Shown here: positions 17,638 through 26,033 of the stretch, in pieces
How positions within the stretch are numbered: position 1 is the stretch's first letter
Layout: each line of letters begins with the position of its first letter
DNA from: Clostridia bacterium
Lineage (GTDB): Bacteria; Bacillota; Clostridia; Oscillospirales; CAG-382
Direction: 5' to 3'
DNA length: 64,000 nt
Assembly: GCA_017561145.1 (NCBI GenBank)
Contig: JAFZDO010000041.1
Span: forward strand, 72,576 to 136,575
The notes under the pieces: generated by a model
What the model was told of the DNA's origin: nothing
The model's database searches: none
What the model saw: the letters and a program-made list of their open reading frames with translations, nothing else
Translations under genes and position numbers: made by a program

Positions 17638-19608
17638 ATGAAAAAACATATTTTCCCGATATTTTTATCTATATTGCTGCCCTTTTCGGCAATGCTTTAC
17701 TCCTGCTCGACCGAATCGGAGGAGGCAAGCACGCCCGAATCCGAAAGCGAAATTGCTATCGCCGAGTCCGAGACCGTCAACGAGGAGACTACGTCCGATA
17801 CCTCTGACACTGCGTCGGAAGAAGCCTCGGATAACACCTCGAGCGACGTTTCGGACGAAAGCGATGAAGCAATCAAAAACGAACCGATAATCCGCCCGAC
17901 CGACTACCCGACGCTTTGCGGAAGCTTTATGCAGGCTACGATGTTTAAGGACTATTCCTATGACCGTATGAAGGCGCATTTGCAAAATATGTACGACGTA
18001 GGAATTGATATTCTTATCGTGCAATGGACCTTTGAAACGACCTCTGACGGCGTTAAAAGCGTTCTTTTTGATGACAGCTTCGGCGCTGACGAAAAGACCG
18101 CGGACTTTGACGGAAGCGGTAGTGCTACGCTTGAAACGATATTAAAAGCATCCGAAGAGATCGGTATAAAGGTTTTTATCGGTCTCAACGACAATGCGGA
18201 GTGGTGGCAAAAATCTGTCACCGACAAAAATTGGATAGAACAGCAATCCAAGCTCGGCCTTGACGGCGCAAAGCAGATGCACGAAAAATACAAAACGCTC
18301 TACCCCAACGCATTTTACGGCTGGTATTTCGTTTTCGAGTTTTATAATATGCAGGCGCCCGAGCAGTTGCTTGACAACGCGGCTTATCTTTTAAACCTCT
18401 ACCGCGACGGGCTTTACGGCATCGACCCCGAAATGCCGATGATGCTATCACCTTATATTTCTGCATCCGGCGCTTCTCCCGATGACACTCAAAAGCTTTG
18501 GACGAGAGTTTTCGGCAAGACGAATTTCAGAAGCGGAGACATATTCTGCTGTCAGGATTCTGTCGGTGCGGGACACATTACGATCGACAGACTTGATGCA
18601 TACTACAGCGCGATAAAGAACGCAGTCGACACTAAAGCCGAGCTCAGATTCTGGGCAAACAACGAGTGCTTCACCCAATCCGACTGGACGACCGCACCGC
18701 TCGACAGATTTGTCGAACAGATGAACATATCTTCGAAATACGTCGAGGCACACATCACCTTTGCCTATTCACACTACGCAAATCCCGACACCGGAAAAAC
18801 GGGATACCACCTTGCATACAAAAAATATTACGAAACGGGAAAGATTCCCGAATCGATTCTCAAAAAGCCCGAAATAACCTTTACGTCCGAATCGTCGGGT
18901 GCTACCGTTAAGATAAGCGGCAGTATACAAAACCCCGACAAAACGCTTATGGGAGTACGTATTTACAAAGACGGCGAGATGATAAAGCTTATCGACCTTT
19001 CGGCACAGTACGGCAAGCCAAGCTATGATATAAGCCTTACAGATTACAACTTAAACGGAAGCGGTAAAGCAAAATATTCGGTCTGCGGTGTCGATTATTA
19101 TAACAACGACGGCGAAGCGGTTGAGTTCGAGGTTGATTTTAAGGGTAAAAACGGCAAAAACGTCGCAATAGGCAAGGCCTACAGCATTCTCACACCGCCC
19201 GAGGCGAATTACCCCGATGAAGACGGCAAAGCGCTTACCGACGGCATTTTTGGCAAAGAAGCCTACTGGAGCCCCGAATGGGTAGGTTTCCTTACCAAGC
19301 CCGAGATCGTCATAGACCTCGGCAAGACCGAAAAGAGCATTTATGCAATCGAGGTCAACACCTTAGGCGGCGGAAATGCGGCGGTATATGCCCCGACCGA
19401 AATAACGGTGTTTGTTTCCGATGACGGTAAGAATTTTAAGCAGGTATCCTTTGAAGCCTTTTCTCCCGATCTCGGCGTTGACTCCCAAAAAGCAATCATG
19501 CGCGGCGTTATGCTCGGCAACGAGGCTTCGGGCAGATACGTAAAAATAGCAATAGGAACCAACCAAAGCTGGATCTTCATTGACGAAATAAGCATTTACG
19601 CGGAATAA
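17638..19608 (+). CDS. Lipoprotein with a DUF4434-like (glycoside-hydrolase-like TIM barrel) domain and a C-terminal F5/8 type C (discoidin) domain
   Basis: Lipobox LYSC, acidic S/T/E-rich stalk, central region with ILIVQWTFE as I recall for DUF4434, and a C-terminal discoidin-like pattern (GRYVKIAI...WIFIDEISIY). Confidence 0.7.
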   Translation: MKKHIFPIFLSILLPFSAMLYSCSTESEEASTPESESEIAIAESETVNEETTSDTSDTASEEASDNTSSDVSDESDEAIKNEPIIRPTDYPTLCGSFMQATMFKDYSYDRMKAHLQNMYDVGIDILIVQWTFETTSDGVKSVLFDDSFGADEKTADFDGSGSATLETILKASEEIGIKVFIGLNDNAEWWQKSVTDKNWIEQQSKLGLDGAKQMHEKYKTLYPNAFYGWYFVFEFYNMQAPEQLLDNAAYLLNLYRDGLYGIDPEMPMMLSPYISASGASPDDTQKLWTRVFGKTNFRSGDIFCCQDSVGAGHITIDRLDAYYSAIKNAVDTKAELRFWANNECFTQSDWTTAPLDRFVEQMNISSKYVEAHITFAYSHYANPDTGKTGYHLAYKKYYETGKIPESILKKPEITFTSESSGATVKISGSIQNPDKTLMGVRIYKDGEMIKLIDLSAQYGKPSYDISLTDYNLNGSGKAKYSVCGVDYYNNDGEAVEFEVDFKGKNGKNVAIGKAYSILTPPEANYPDEDGKALTDGIFGKEAYWSPEWVGFLTKPEIVIDLGKTEKSIYAIEVNTLGGGNAAVYAPTEITVFVSDDGKNFKQVSFEAFSPDLGVDSQKAIMRGVMLGNEASGRYVKIAIGTNQSWIFIDEISIYAE

Positions 19609-19610
19609 CA

Positions 19611-19642
19611 AAAAGCGGCAGGATGATTCCTGCCGCTTTTTT
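19611..19642. terminator. Bidirectional terminator
   Basis: aaaagcggcagg-atgatt-cctgccgctttt 12-bp stem plus T-run. Confidence 0.9.
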
Positions 19643-19668
19643 GCTTTTATATCGTTTTACTTTATTCG

Positions 19669-20967
19669 TTATTCGTCGTCTTCTTCGCCGAGGTTGATGA
19701 CCTTTCTGGGGGTGATATCGCCTGCTTTTGTAAGCGCGATCTTTGTAAGCATAGGACCTACAAGCTCGTAGATAAGCACTGCGAAGAGAGTAATGTTACG
19801 GATCATTGCGCCGGATTCGCCAAGGCTTTCAGCCGCGATGAGCGACATGCCCAACGCAACGCCCGCTTGGGGAAGAAGCGTAATGCCGAGATATTTGGTA
19901 ATAGTCGGGTCGCACTTGGTCATCTTTGCACTCAACGATGCGCCAACGATCTTACCGATCGAACGGGTGATGATGTAAACCACGCCGACGAGCACAACGA
20001 GCCAGTTGCCGAACATATCGAACTTGAGCTCTGCGCCCGAAAGCACGAAGAACAAGAGGAACAAGGGTGCGGTCCATTTGTCGGTCTTGCCCATAATTTC
20101 GTCCGAGAAGTCGCACATGTTGCAGAACACGGTACCGAGCATCATACAAACGAGGAGCGAGGAGAACTTGATGTGGATGTCGCCGATGTGAGTTTCGAAC
20201 ATCGAAAGAGCAACCGCCATTATTACAAAGGTGATGGAAAGAGTAAGACGCTTACTGTTGGATTTGAAGTACTTTTCAGCCGCACTGAAGAGGATACCGA
20301 GCACAAGACCGAGAAGGAGCGAAAGAACGACCTCCAAAAGCGGTTCAACGAGCACCGAGATAGCGCTGAGAGCCGCACCGCTGTGCAACGAGCCTGCGAT
20401 ACCGAAGGAAACCGCAAACACAACAAGACCAACTGCGTCGTCGATTGCAACGACGGGAAGAAGGATATCGGTAAGCTTACCTTTAGCCTTATACTGACGA
20501 ACGACCATAAGGGTTGCCGCAGGAGCGGTAGCGGTCGCAACTGCGCCGAGCACCAACGCCGCAGGGGTATTGATAACGTCCTCGGGAAGGAACTGACAAA
20601 GTCCGATAAGAGCAAGGTCGACAACCAAGGTTGCGACAAGTGCCTGAACTATACCGATAACGGTTGCCTGTTTGCCTATCTTCTTAAGCTGATTGATACG
20701 GAATTCATCGCCAATCGCAAACGCGATAAAGCCCAAAGCAACCTTCGAAAGGATGCTGTTGCTTTCAACCGCTTCGGCATTTGCAAAGCCGAGCCATTCA
20801 ACGCCGGTGAGCGTTGCAAGCTGACCGAGGCAATAGGGGCCGACGAGGATACCTGCAATAAGATAACCGGTAACGGCGGGAAGCTTGAATTTTTTAACAA
20901 GACGCGAGAGCAAAAGGCCCGCGGTCATTGCTATACCTATTGGCATCAAAGTTTCCAAATCATACAC
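19669..20967 (-). CDS. Cation:proton antiporter (CPA1/CPA2 Na+/H+ exchanger family)
   Basis: 432 aa, about 12 TM. N-terminal LPAVTGYLIAGILVGP motif typical of Na_H_Exchanger family proteins. Confidence 0.85.
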   Translation of the reverse strand: MYDLETLMPIGIAMTAGLLLSRLVKKFKLPAVTGYLIAGILVGPYCLGQLATLTGVEWLGFANAEAVESNSILSKVALGFIAFAIGDEFRINQLKKIGKQATVIGIVQALVATLVVDLALIGLCQFLPEDVINTPAALVLGAVATATAPAATLMVVRQYKAKGKLTDILLPVVAIDDAVGLVVFAVSFGIAGSLHSGAALSAISVLVEPLLEVVLSLLLGLVLGILFSAAEKYFKSNSKRLTLSITFVIMAVALSMFETHIGDIHIKFSSLLVCMMLGTVFCNMCDFSDEIMGKTDKWTAPLFLLFFVLSGAELKFDMFGNWLVVLVGVVYIITRSIGKIVGASLSAKMTKCDPTITKYLGITLLPQAGVALGMSLIAAESLGESGAMIRNITLFAVLIYELVGPMLTKIALTKAGDITPRKVINLGEEDDE

Positions 20968-21133
20968 CTGACTTTCATATATTTAAATAAAAAATCTTGA
21001 TTTCCAAACGCAGATGATATCACAACAAAATACCGTTTTCAAGTGTTTTTTCGAATTTGTATTTTTTTCTAAATTCGACACAGTAAACCCATATTAAACT
21101 GCAAAAAACAGAACAAATTTAACAAAACGTCGG

Positions 21134-21163
21134 TTGACATAGCCGCCAAAGCTTTGATATAAT
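21134..21163 (+). promoter_or_regulatory. Promoter of GH25 gene
   Basis: TTGACA (21134-21139), 18-nt spacer, TGa-TATAAT (21158-21163). The -10 overlaps the ORF-track ATG at 21162. Confidence 0.7.
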
Positions 21164-21197
21164 GGATCGAAAATTAAGAAAGAGTAAAGATGATGTA

Positions 21198-21938
21198 ATG
21201 AACAAGACCGCCAAAATAACGATCCTTTCCGTTTTATCGGTGCTTGCGATATCCGCGTCGATCCTTGCATTGCTTTTCTGGAACGGAGAAATACTTATCA
21301 ACAACCCGAATTATGAGGAATATCCCGTTCGCGGAGTAGACGTTTCGGCATATCAGGGAGAAATCGATTGGCAGACTCTCGCATCGCAGGATATAGACTT
21401 TGCCTTTATCAAGGCAACCGAAGGAAGCTCTTTTACGGATAAACGCTTTGCATATAACCACAGCGAAGCGTTAAAGACCGATATCCGTATCGGCGCTTAT
21501 CACTTCTTCAGCTTTGAAAGCGGCGGGGACACGCAAGCCGAAAACTTCATAAAAGCAGTTCCGAAAACCGAAAATATGCTTCCGCCTGTCGTCGACGTTG
21601 AATTTTACGGCAATTTTTCCGCCAAAAACACAGACAAAGACGCGATCGTTTCGGAGCTCAAGACAATGATAGCCGCGCTTTATTCTCACTACGGTATCCA
21701 CCCGATAATATATACCGCCGAGGAGGAATATGCTCTTTTCATCGAGGGCGGATTTGAAAGCAATCCGATATGGATAAGAGGGGTTTATTCAAAGCCGCAG
21801 ATATCGGACGGACGCGTTTGGACATTTTGGCAATTCACAAACCGCGCCAAGCTCGACGGTTATGACGGAGAGGAACGGTTTATCGATATGAACGTCTTTA
21901 ACGGAAGCCGTGAGGAGTTCGAAAATTTCTGTAAATAG
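21198..21938 (+). CDS. Glycoside hydrolase family 25 muramidase (lysozyme), membrane-anchored
   Basis: GVDVSAYQGEIDW and FAFIKATEG are GH25 motifs; N-terminal hydrophobic anchor. Start moved to MNKTAK because ATG 21162 lies inside the -10. Confidence 0.85.
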   Translation: MNKTAKITILSVLSVLAISASILALLFWNGEILINNPNYEEYPVRGVDVSAYQGEIDWQTLASQDIDFAFIKATEGSSFTDKRFAYNHSEALKTDIRIGAYHFFSFESGGDTQAENFIKAVPKTENMLPPVVDVEFYGNFSAKNTDKDAIVSELKTMIAALYSHYGIHPIIYTAEEEYALFIEGGFESNPIWIRGVYSKPQISDGRVWTFWQFTNRAKLDGYDGEERFIDMNVFNGSREEFENFCK

Positions 21939-21943
21939 GCAAC

Positions 21944-21971
21944 AAAAAAGAGCCTTCACGGCTCTTTTTTC
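21944..21971. terminator. Bidirectional terminator
   Basis: aagagcc-ttcac-ggctctt stem flanked by A6 and T6. Confidence 0.8.
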
Positions 21972-21972
21972 G

Positions 21973-22863
21973 TTACGGAATGTCTTCGACAACACATTCG
22001 GGCGGGGTGTCTAAAAGATAAGGATTTCGTATCAAGCTGTTAAAATAGCGGAGCGACACCGAATATGCGTGTCCGTCGGCAATTCGCTCATCACAGGAAA
22101 TGCGGTAGTCCATATAGGAGATCCTTTTCACGCTACCGTCGGTCTGAAGCTCGTTTTCCTTATATCTTCTGCCAAAGGCGAAGAATATGGGAATATTGCC
22201 GAAGTTATACAAATGATGATAAACCGGCGGAATACCGAGCGATGCAAGCGAAGTTATAACAAGACTTCCGTGGAAGGGCGAAACCGAGGTTAAGGATTTC
22301 GGCAAAAGTCCGTAAAACTCAAGCTTTTCCAAAAACCACATAATGATCCTTAACAAAAATCTCGGCATTTTATTAAGCGTTTTCGCAACTCCCTCGAAAT
22401 CGTCGTTTGCACCAAGCGCAGCCTTGATAACGTCGTTGGTGATCCTGTAAACGTCATCTGCCGTCGATTCGGGCGGATAGACAAACTTAACCACCGTGTC
22501 GTCGGCATTAAGCTTCATTTCCTTCTTGACGGTCATAACTATTTCGATGTTATTTCTTGCATAAATACGTCTTCCGCGAACAAAGCGGTTCATTTCGGGA
22601 TGCTGAGAATACATTCTTACCAGCGCGGCAAGGAAAATATGCATTATACTGAAATCGGTAAATCCCGCTTCGCGCTTTTGCTTAATGTATTCCTCTGCGT
22701 TGCCGATATCGAGCTTTTCGGAAAAATAGTTCGTTGCATCGTTGCGATCCTTCATAAGGTAAAGCGCAACGTAGTGCATCGGGTCGAGCGATCGAACGCG
22801 TCTTCCCTCTTTTTTGGATTTGCTTTTTAAGGCTTTTGCGGCTTTCTTGTCTTCGATACTCAT
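21973..22863 (-). CDS. 2-oxoacid dehydrogenase E2-like (CAT-fold) acyltransferase domain protein, stand-alone
   Basis: 296 aa. The C-terminal LSCDERIADGHAYSVSLRYFNSLIRNP aligns to the E2 catalytic signature S-x-DHR-x-x-DG...F...L..P, but with Glu in place of His. No lipoyl or E3-binding domain. Confidence 0.65.
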   Translation of the reverse strand: MSIEDKKAAKALKSKSKKEGRRVRSLDPMHYVALYLMKDRNDATNYFSEKLDIGNAEEYIKQKREAGFTDFSIMHIFLAALVRMYSQHPEMNRFVRGRRIYARNNIEIVMTVKKEMKLNADDTVVKFVYPPESTADDVYRITNDVIKAALGANDDFEGVAKTLNKMPRFLLRIIMWFLEKLEFYGLLPKSLTSVSPFHGSLVITSLASLGIPPVYHHLYNFGNIPIFFAFGRRYKENELQTDGSVKRISYMDYRISCDERIADGHAYSVSLRYFNSLIRNPYLLDTPPECVVEDIP

Positions 22864-23043
22864 ACAAAGTCCTCCGTATCAACAAAGTCGGTATTAACAA
22901 TATATTAACATATTCCCGCGGATTTTGCAAGTATGTCTTTTTACGTAAAAAGAGATAAAAATATACTTGAAATCGCATTTTGAATGTGTTATCATCTACT
23001 TGTATAAGTGTGCATATGCATAAAATATTACGGAGGAAATTTC

Positions 23044-24642
23044 ATGAACAAGTTCAGACTTTTATCTCTCATTCTCGTTCTTTGCTTTGTGAGTGCACTT
23101 GCTTTGACCGCATGTGACGATACTACCGTGCAAATGAACCAATCAAACGCAGGAACCGACGATCCCAATGCTTCGGCAGACACCTCGACGGACGTTTCCT
23201 ACGGTGAATTTCAGGATTCTACCGGCAAATACGTCGGCTCGACCAGCGGTACCAGCTACAGCGGTAAGACCATCACCTTCCTTACCTGTAGCGTTAACTC
23301 TACATACGAATCCGAAATACTTTACAATCCCTATGCAGACGAATCCAAAAAGACTTACGTAGACGGCACCACCGTTACCATGCCCGAGGTGCTTAACGAC
23401 AGCCTTAAGCGCCGTGCAGAGCTTGTTGAAGAAAAGCTCGGCATCACTATCGAAGAATTAAAGGTTCTCGACGGCCCCCGTCCCGGCGGCGGTATGTCAA
23501 AAGCTATCAAGGAAGGTAACCTTTCCTTTACCGATGAATATCAGATCGTTGTTCCCTGCCTTTATGACGGCGCGGCTCTTTCGGTCAACAATATGTTCTA
23601 TAATCTTTACGATATCACCAGTCTCCAGATGGACGCTCCCTGGTGGAATCAGGCGTTCAACGAAAGCATGACTTATGCGGGTCAGCTTTATTTCACCATA
23701 GGCGATCTCGGTATCGGCAACAAATCGAGCACCGCGGCTCTTTACGTAAACATCGACCTTTGGACAAAGAACGGCCTTACCGAAAAATTCGGTGCCAACC
23801 CTTACGACCTCGTACGTCAGGGCAAGTGGACCGTTGATACCGTTTTCGAAGCAGCATCCCTCATCTCTCGTGACGTTGACGGCTCGGGCGTTATCGATTA
23901 CAAGGACGAATTCGGTTGGGGCGGTCAGCTCGACGATATGTGGAGCATCTTCTACGGCTCGGGCGAAAGAATAGCTAAGGCAGACGCAAACGGTTATCCC
24001 GCTCTTTCAATGTACAGCGAACGCAGTGCAAAGCTTATGGAAACCTTGCAGGAATTCGTTCAGAGCGATACCTACTATATTTCCGCAAACGACTACTTCG
24101 GCGTAGTTCAATGGCCGAGCGTTCTCGTTCAGGAGGCATTTACCTCTGGCAGAGCACTCTTCTACAACGGTAACGTAGGCACCGTTATCGAGCTTGGCGT
24201 TATGGAGCAGCACTTCGGTATGATGCCCATTCCCAAGGCTGACGAGATTCAGGAAGAATATTATTCCCTCGTTAACCCCTGGTCCAGCACCTGCTTTGCT
24301 ATTCCCGTATGCGTGCCCGAATCTCAGCTCCAGATGGTATCCGACGTCCTTAACGTTATGGGCGCAGAAAGTATGAACGTCGTATCTCCCAACTACAAGG
24401 AAATTCTCGAATACATGAAGATACGTGACGACGATTCCGTTGATATGCTCAACAACTACATCCTCCCCAACCGCGGATGTGATATCGGTATGGCATTCAA
24501 GTGGGGCGGACTCGATACCCTTCTTCACGATATGGCAAGCGCAACCGTAGGCACCTTCGCTTCTGCTTATCAGAACAAGGAAACCATCGCACAGAACCAG
24601 CTCAACGCAACACTTGAATTCTTCAAGGACAACGAAAAATAA
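23044..24642 (+). CDS. Large extracellular solute-binding lipoprotein (ABC SBP family 1, LplA/LipO-like)
   Basis: GGAGG RBS, lipobox LTAC, ~530 aa, SBP-like composition. No permease or ATPase gene is adjacent. Confidence 0.7.
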   Translation: MNKFRLLSLILVLCFVSALALTACDDTTVQMNQSNAGTDDPNASADTSTDVSYGEFQDSTGKYVGSTSGTSYSGKTITFLTCSVNSTYESEILYNPYADESKKTYVDGTTVTMPEVLNDSLKRRAELVEEKLGITIEELKVLDGPRPGGGMSKAIKEGNLSFTDEYQIVVPCLYDGAALSVNNMFYNLYDITSLQMDAPWWNQAFNESMTYAGQLYFTIGDLGIGNKSSTAALYVNIDLWTKNGLTEKFGANPYDLVRQGKWTVDTVFEAASLISRDVDGSGVIDYKDEFGWGGQLDDMWSIFYGSGERIAKADANGYPALSMYSERSAKLMETLQEFVQSDTYYISANDYFGVVQWPSVLVQEAFTSGRALFYNGNVGTVIELGVMEQHFGMMPIPKADEIQEEYYSLVNPWSSTCFAIPVCVPESQLQMVSDVLNVMGAESMNVVSPNYKEILEYMKIRDDDSVDMLNNYILPNRGCDIGMAFKWGGLDTLLHDMASATVGTFASAYQNKETIAQNQLNATLEFFKDNEK

Positions 24643-24650
24643 GTGTCAGC

Positions 24651-24683
24651 AGAAGCCCGATAAGTCTTTCGGGCTTCTCTTTA
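24651..24683 (+). terminator. Stem-loop after SBP gene (weak terminator or attenuator)
   Basis: agaagcccga-8 nt-tcgggcttct 10-bp stem followed only by CTTT. Confidence 0.55.
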
Positions 24684-24695
24684 AAAGGTACAACT

Positions 24696-25547
24696 ATGAA
24701 AATACTGTCATTCGGTGAAATTCTTTGGGATATGTTTCCCGACGAAAAAAAGATAGGCGGCGCGCCCTTTAACTTTGCGGCACACGCTGCAAGATTGGGT
24801 GCGGAAAGCTATATGGTATCCGCAGTCGGCAACGACGAAAACGGCACAGACGCAATGCAAGAGATCGAAAGACTCGGCATCAAGCGCGATTATATCCACG
24901 TCGACCGCAAATACAAAACCGGCTATTGCGCGGTCACACTTAACGACGGCAAGCCTAGCTACGATCTCGTAAGAGACGTTGCATACGACCACATCCCCGA
25001 CGTTTGTCCCCGCGGCAAGTTCGATGCGCTTTATATGGGCACGCTCGCAATGCGCTCTCCCGATTCGAGAAGAGCATTTGAAAAGCTTCTTAAGTACATC
25101 GATACCAAAGAGGTCTTCTTCGACGTAAACTTCCGCGGTGATTTTTATACCCGTGAGCTCGTTAACACCTTTTTGAAGGAAACGACTATACTGAAGATAA
25201 GCGACGAGGAGATCGGCTTCTTCGGCAAGCGCGACCATATCAACGTGCTTCTCGATATTTCGAAAAACAATCCCAAGCTTAAATACATCTGTCTTACTCT
25301 CGGCAAAGACGGCGCATTGGTCTACGATTGCCGCAACAAGACGGTGCTTTATTCCGACAAGCCAAAGGGCGCGGTAGTTTCGACCGTCGGCGCGGGCGAC
25401 AGCTTTGCCGCTTGCTTCCTCGTAAGCCTTCTTTCGGGCAAATCGGTCAGCGCCTCGCTCGACCGTGCGGTGATTTTAAGCGATTTCGTAGTTACCCAAT
25501 TGGGCGCCGTGCCTGATTATGACCCGAAGGCATTGTTCGGCAAATAA
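24696..25547 (+). CDS. PfkB-family carbohydrate kinase (fructokinase-like)
   Basis: 283 aa. N-terminal FGEILWDMFP...GGAPFNFA and C-terminal GAGDSF motifs of ribokinase/PfkB-type kinases. Confidence 0.85.
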   Translation: MKILSFGEILWDMFPDEKKIGGAPFNFAAHAARLGAESYMVSAVGNDENGTDAMQEIERLGIKRDYIHVDRKYKTGYCAVTLNDGKPSYDLVRDVAYDHIPDVCPRGKFDALYMGTLAMRSPDSRRAFEKLLKYIDTKEVFFDVNFRGDFYTRELVNTFLKETTILKISDEEIGFFGKRDHINVLLDISKNNPKLKYICLTLGKDGALVYDCRNKTVLYSDKPKGAVVSTVGAGDSFAACFLVSLLSGKSVSASLDRAVILSDFVVTQLGAVPDYDPKALFGK

Positions 25548-25631
25548 AAAATATCGATTTTTTCGTTTTTTCTCTTGCAATTGCACGAAAATAGTATTAA
25601 AATAAAATAAAGTAATTTTTGGAGGTACATT

Positions 25632-25871
25632 ATGGGTATTCTTAAGAAAATCTGGCCTTACTCGTTCGTTAACAAAAACGGTGTTGCAGGTCTTGTAATC
25701 AACGTTATTATCCAACTCGTTATCGGTATCGTTCTCGGTTTCGTAATCGGTCTTTTGGCAGGCATTCCGATCGTAGGTATCCTCGTTGGTCTTGTTTGCG
25801 GTCTTCTCGACCTTTACATCACCGTTGGTATCGTTCTCTCTTTCCTCGATTATTTTAAAGTTATTAAATAA
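25632..25871 (+). CDS. Small hydrophobic membrane protein (79 aa), unknown function
   Basis: GGAGG RBS 7 nt upstream, two Gly/Ile/Val-rich TM helices, strong terminator downstream. Confidence 0.55.
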   Translation: MGILKKIWPYSFVNKNGVAGLVINVIIQLVIGIVLGFVIGLLAGIPIVGILVGLVCGLLDLYITVGIVLSFLDYFKVIK

Positions 25872-25887
25872 CCAAGGCAAACTTAAT

Positions 25888-25919
25888 TACCGCTTGTTTG
25901 TTCAAGCGGTATTTTTTTG
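25888..25919 (+). terminator. Rho-independent terminator
   Basis: taccgcttg-tttgtt-caagcggta stem then T7. Confidence 0.85.
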
Positions 25920-25974
25920 TTGCAAAAACACGAAAAACTTTGCTGAAAAAAGTGCATTTACTTTCAGTAATTTC

Positions 25975-26003
25975 TTGACTTTGAAGAAAGCAAATGGTAC
26001 AAT
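25975..26003 (+). promoter_or_regulatory. Promoter of polA
   Basis: TTGACT (25975-25980), 17-nt spacer, TGg-TACAAT (25998-26003). Confidence 0.7.
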
Positions 26004-26033
26004 AATACTGAATAATTATGTGAGGCAAACGCT

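Noticed and set aside
23011-23020. 10-bp perfect palindrome TGCATATGCA in the leader of the SBP gene.
   Set aside because: It is short and AT-rich with no flanking symmetry. It is plausible by chance and no cognate regulator is nearby, so I did not call it an operator.
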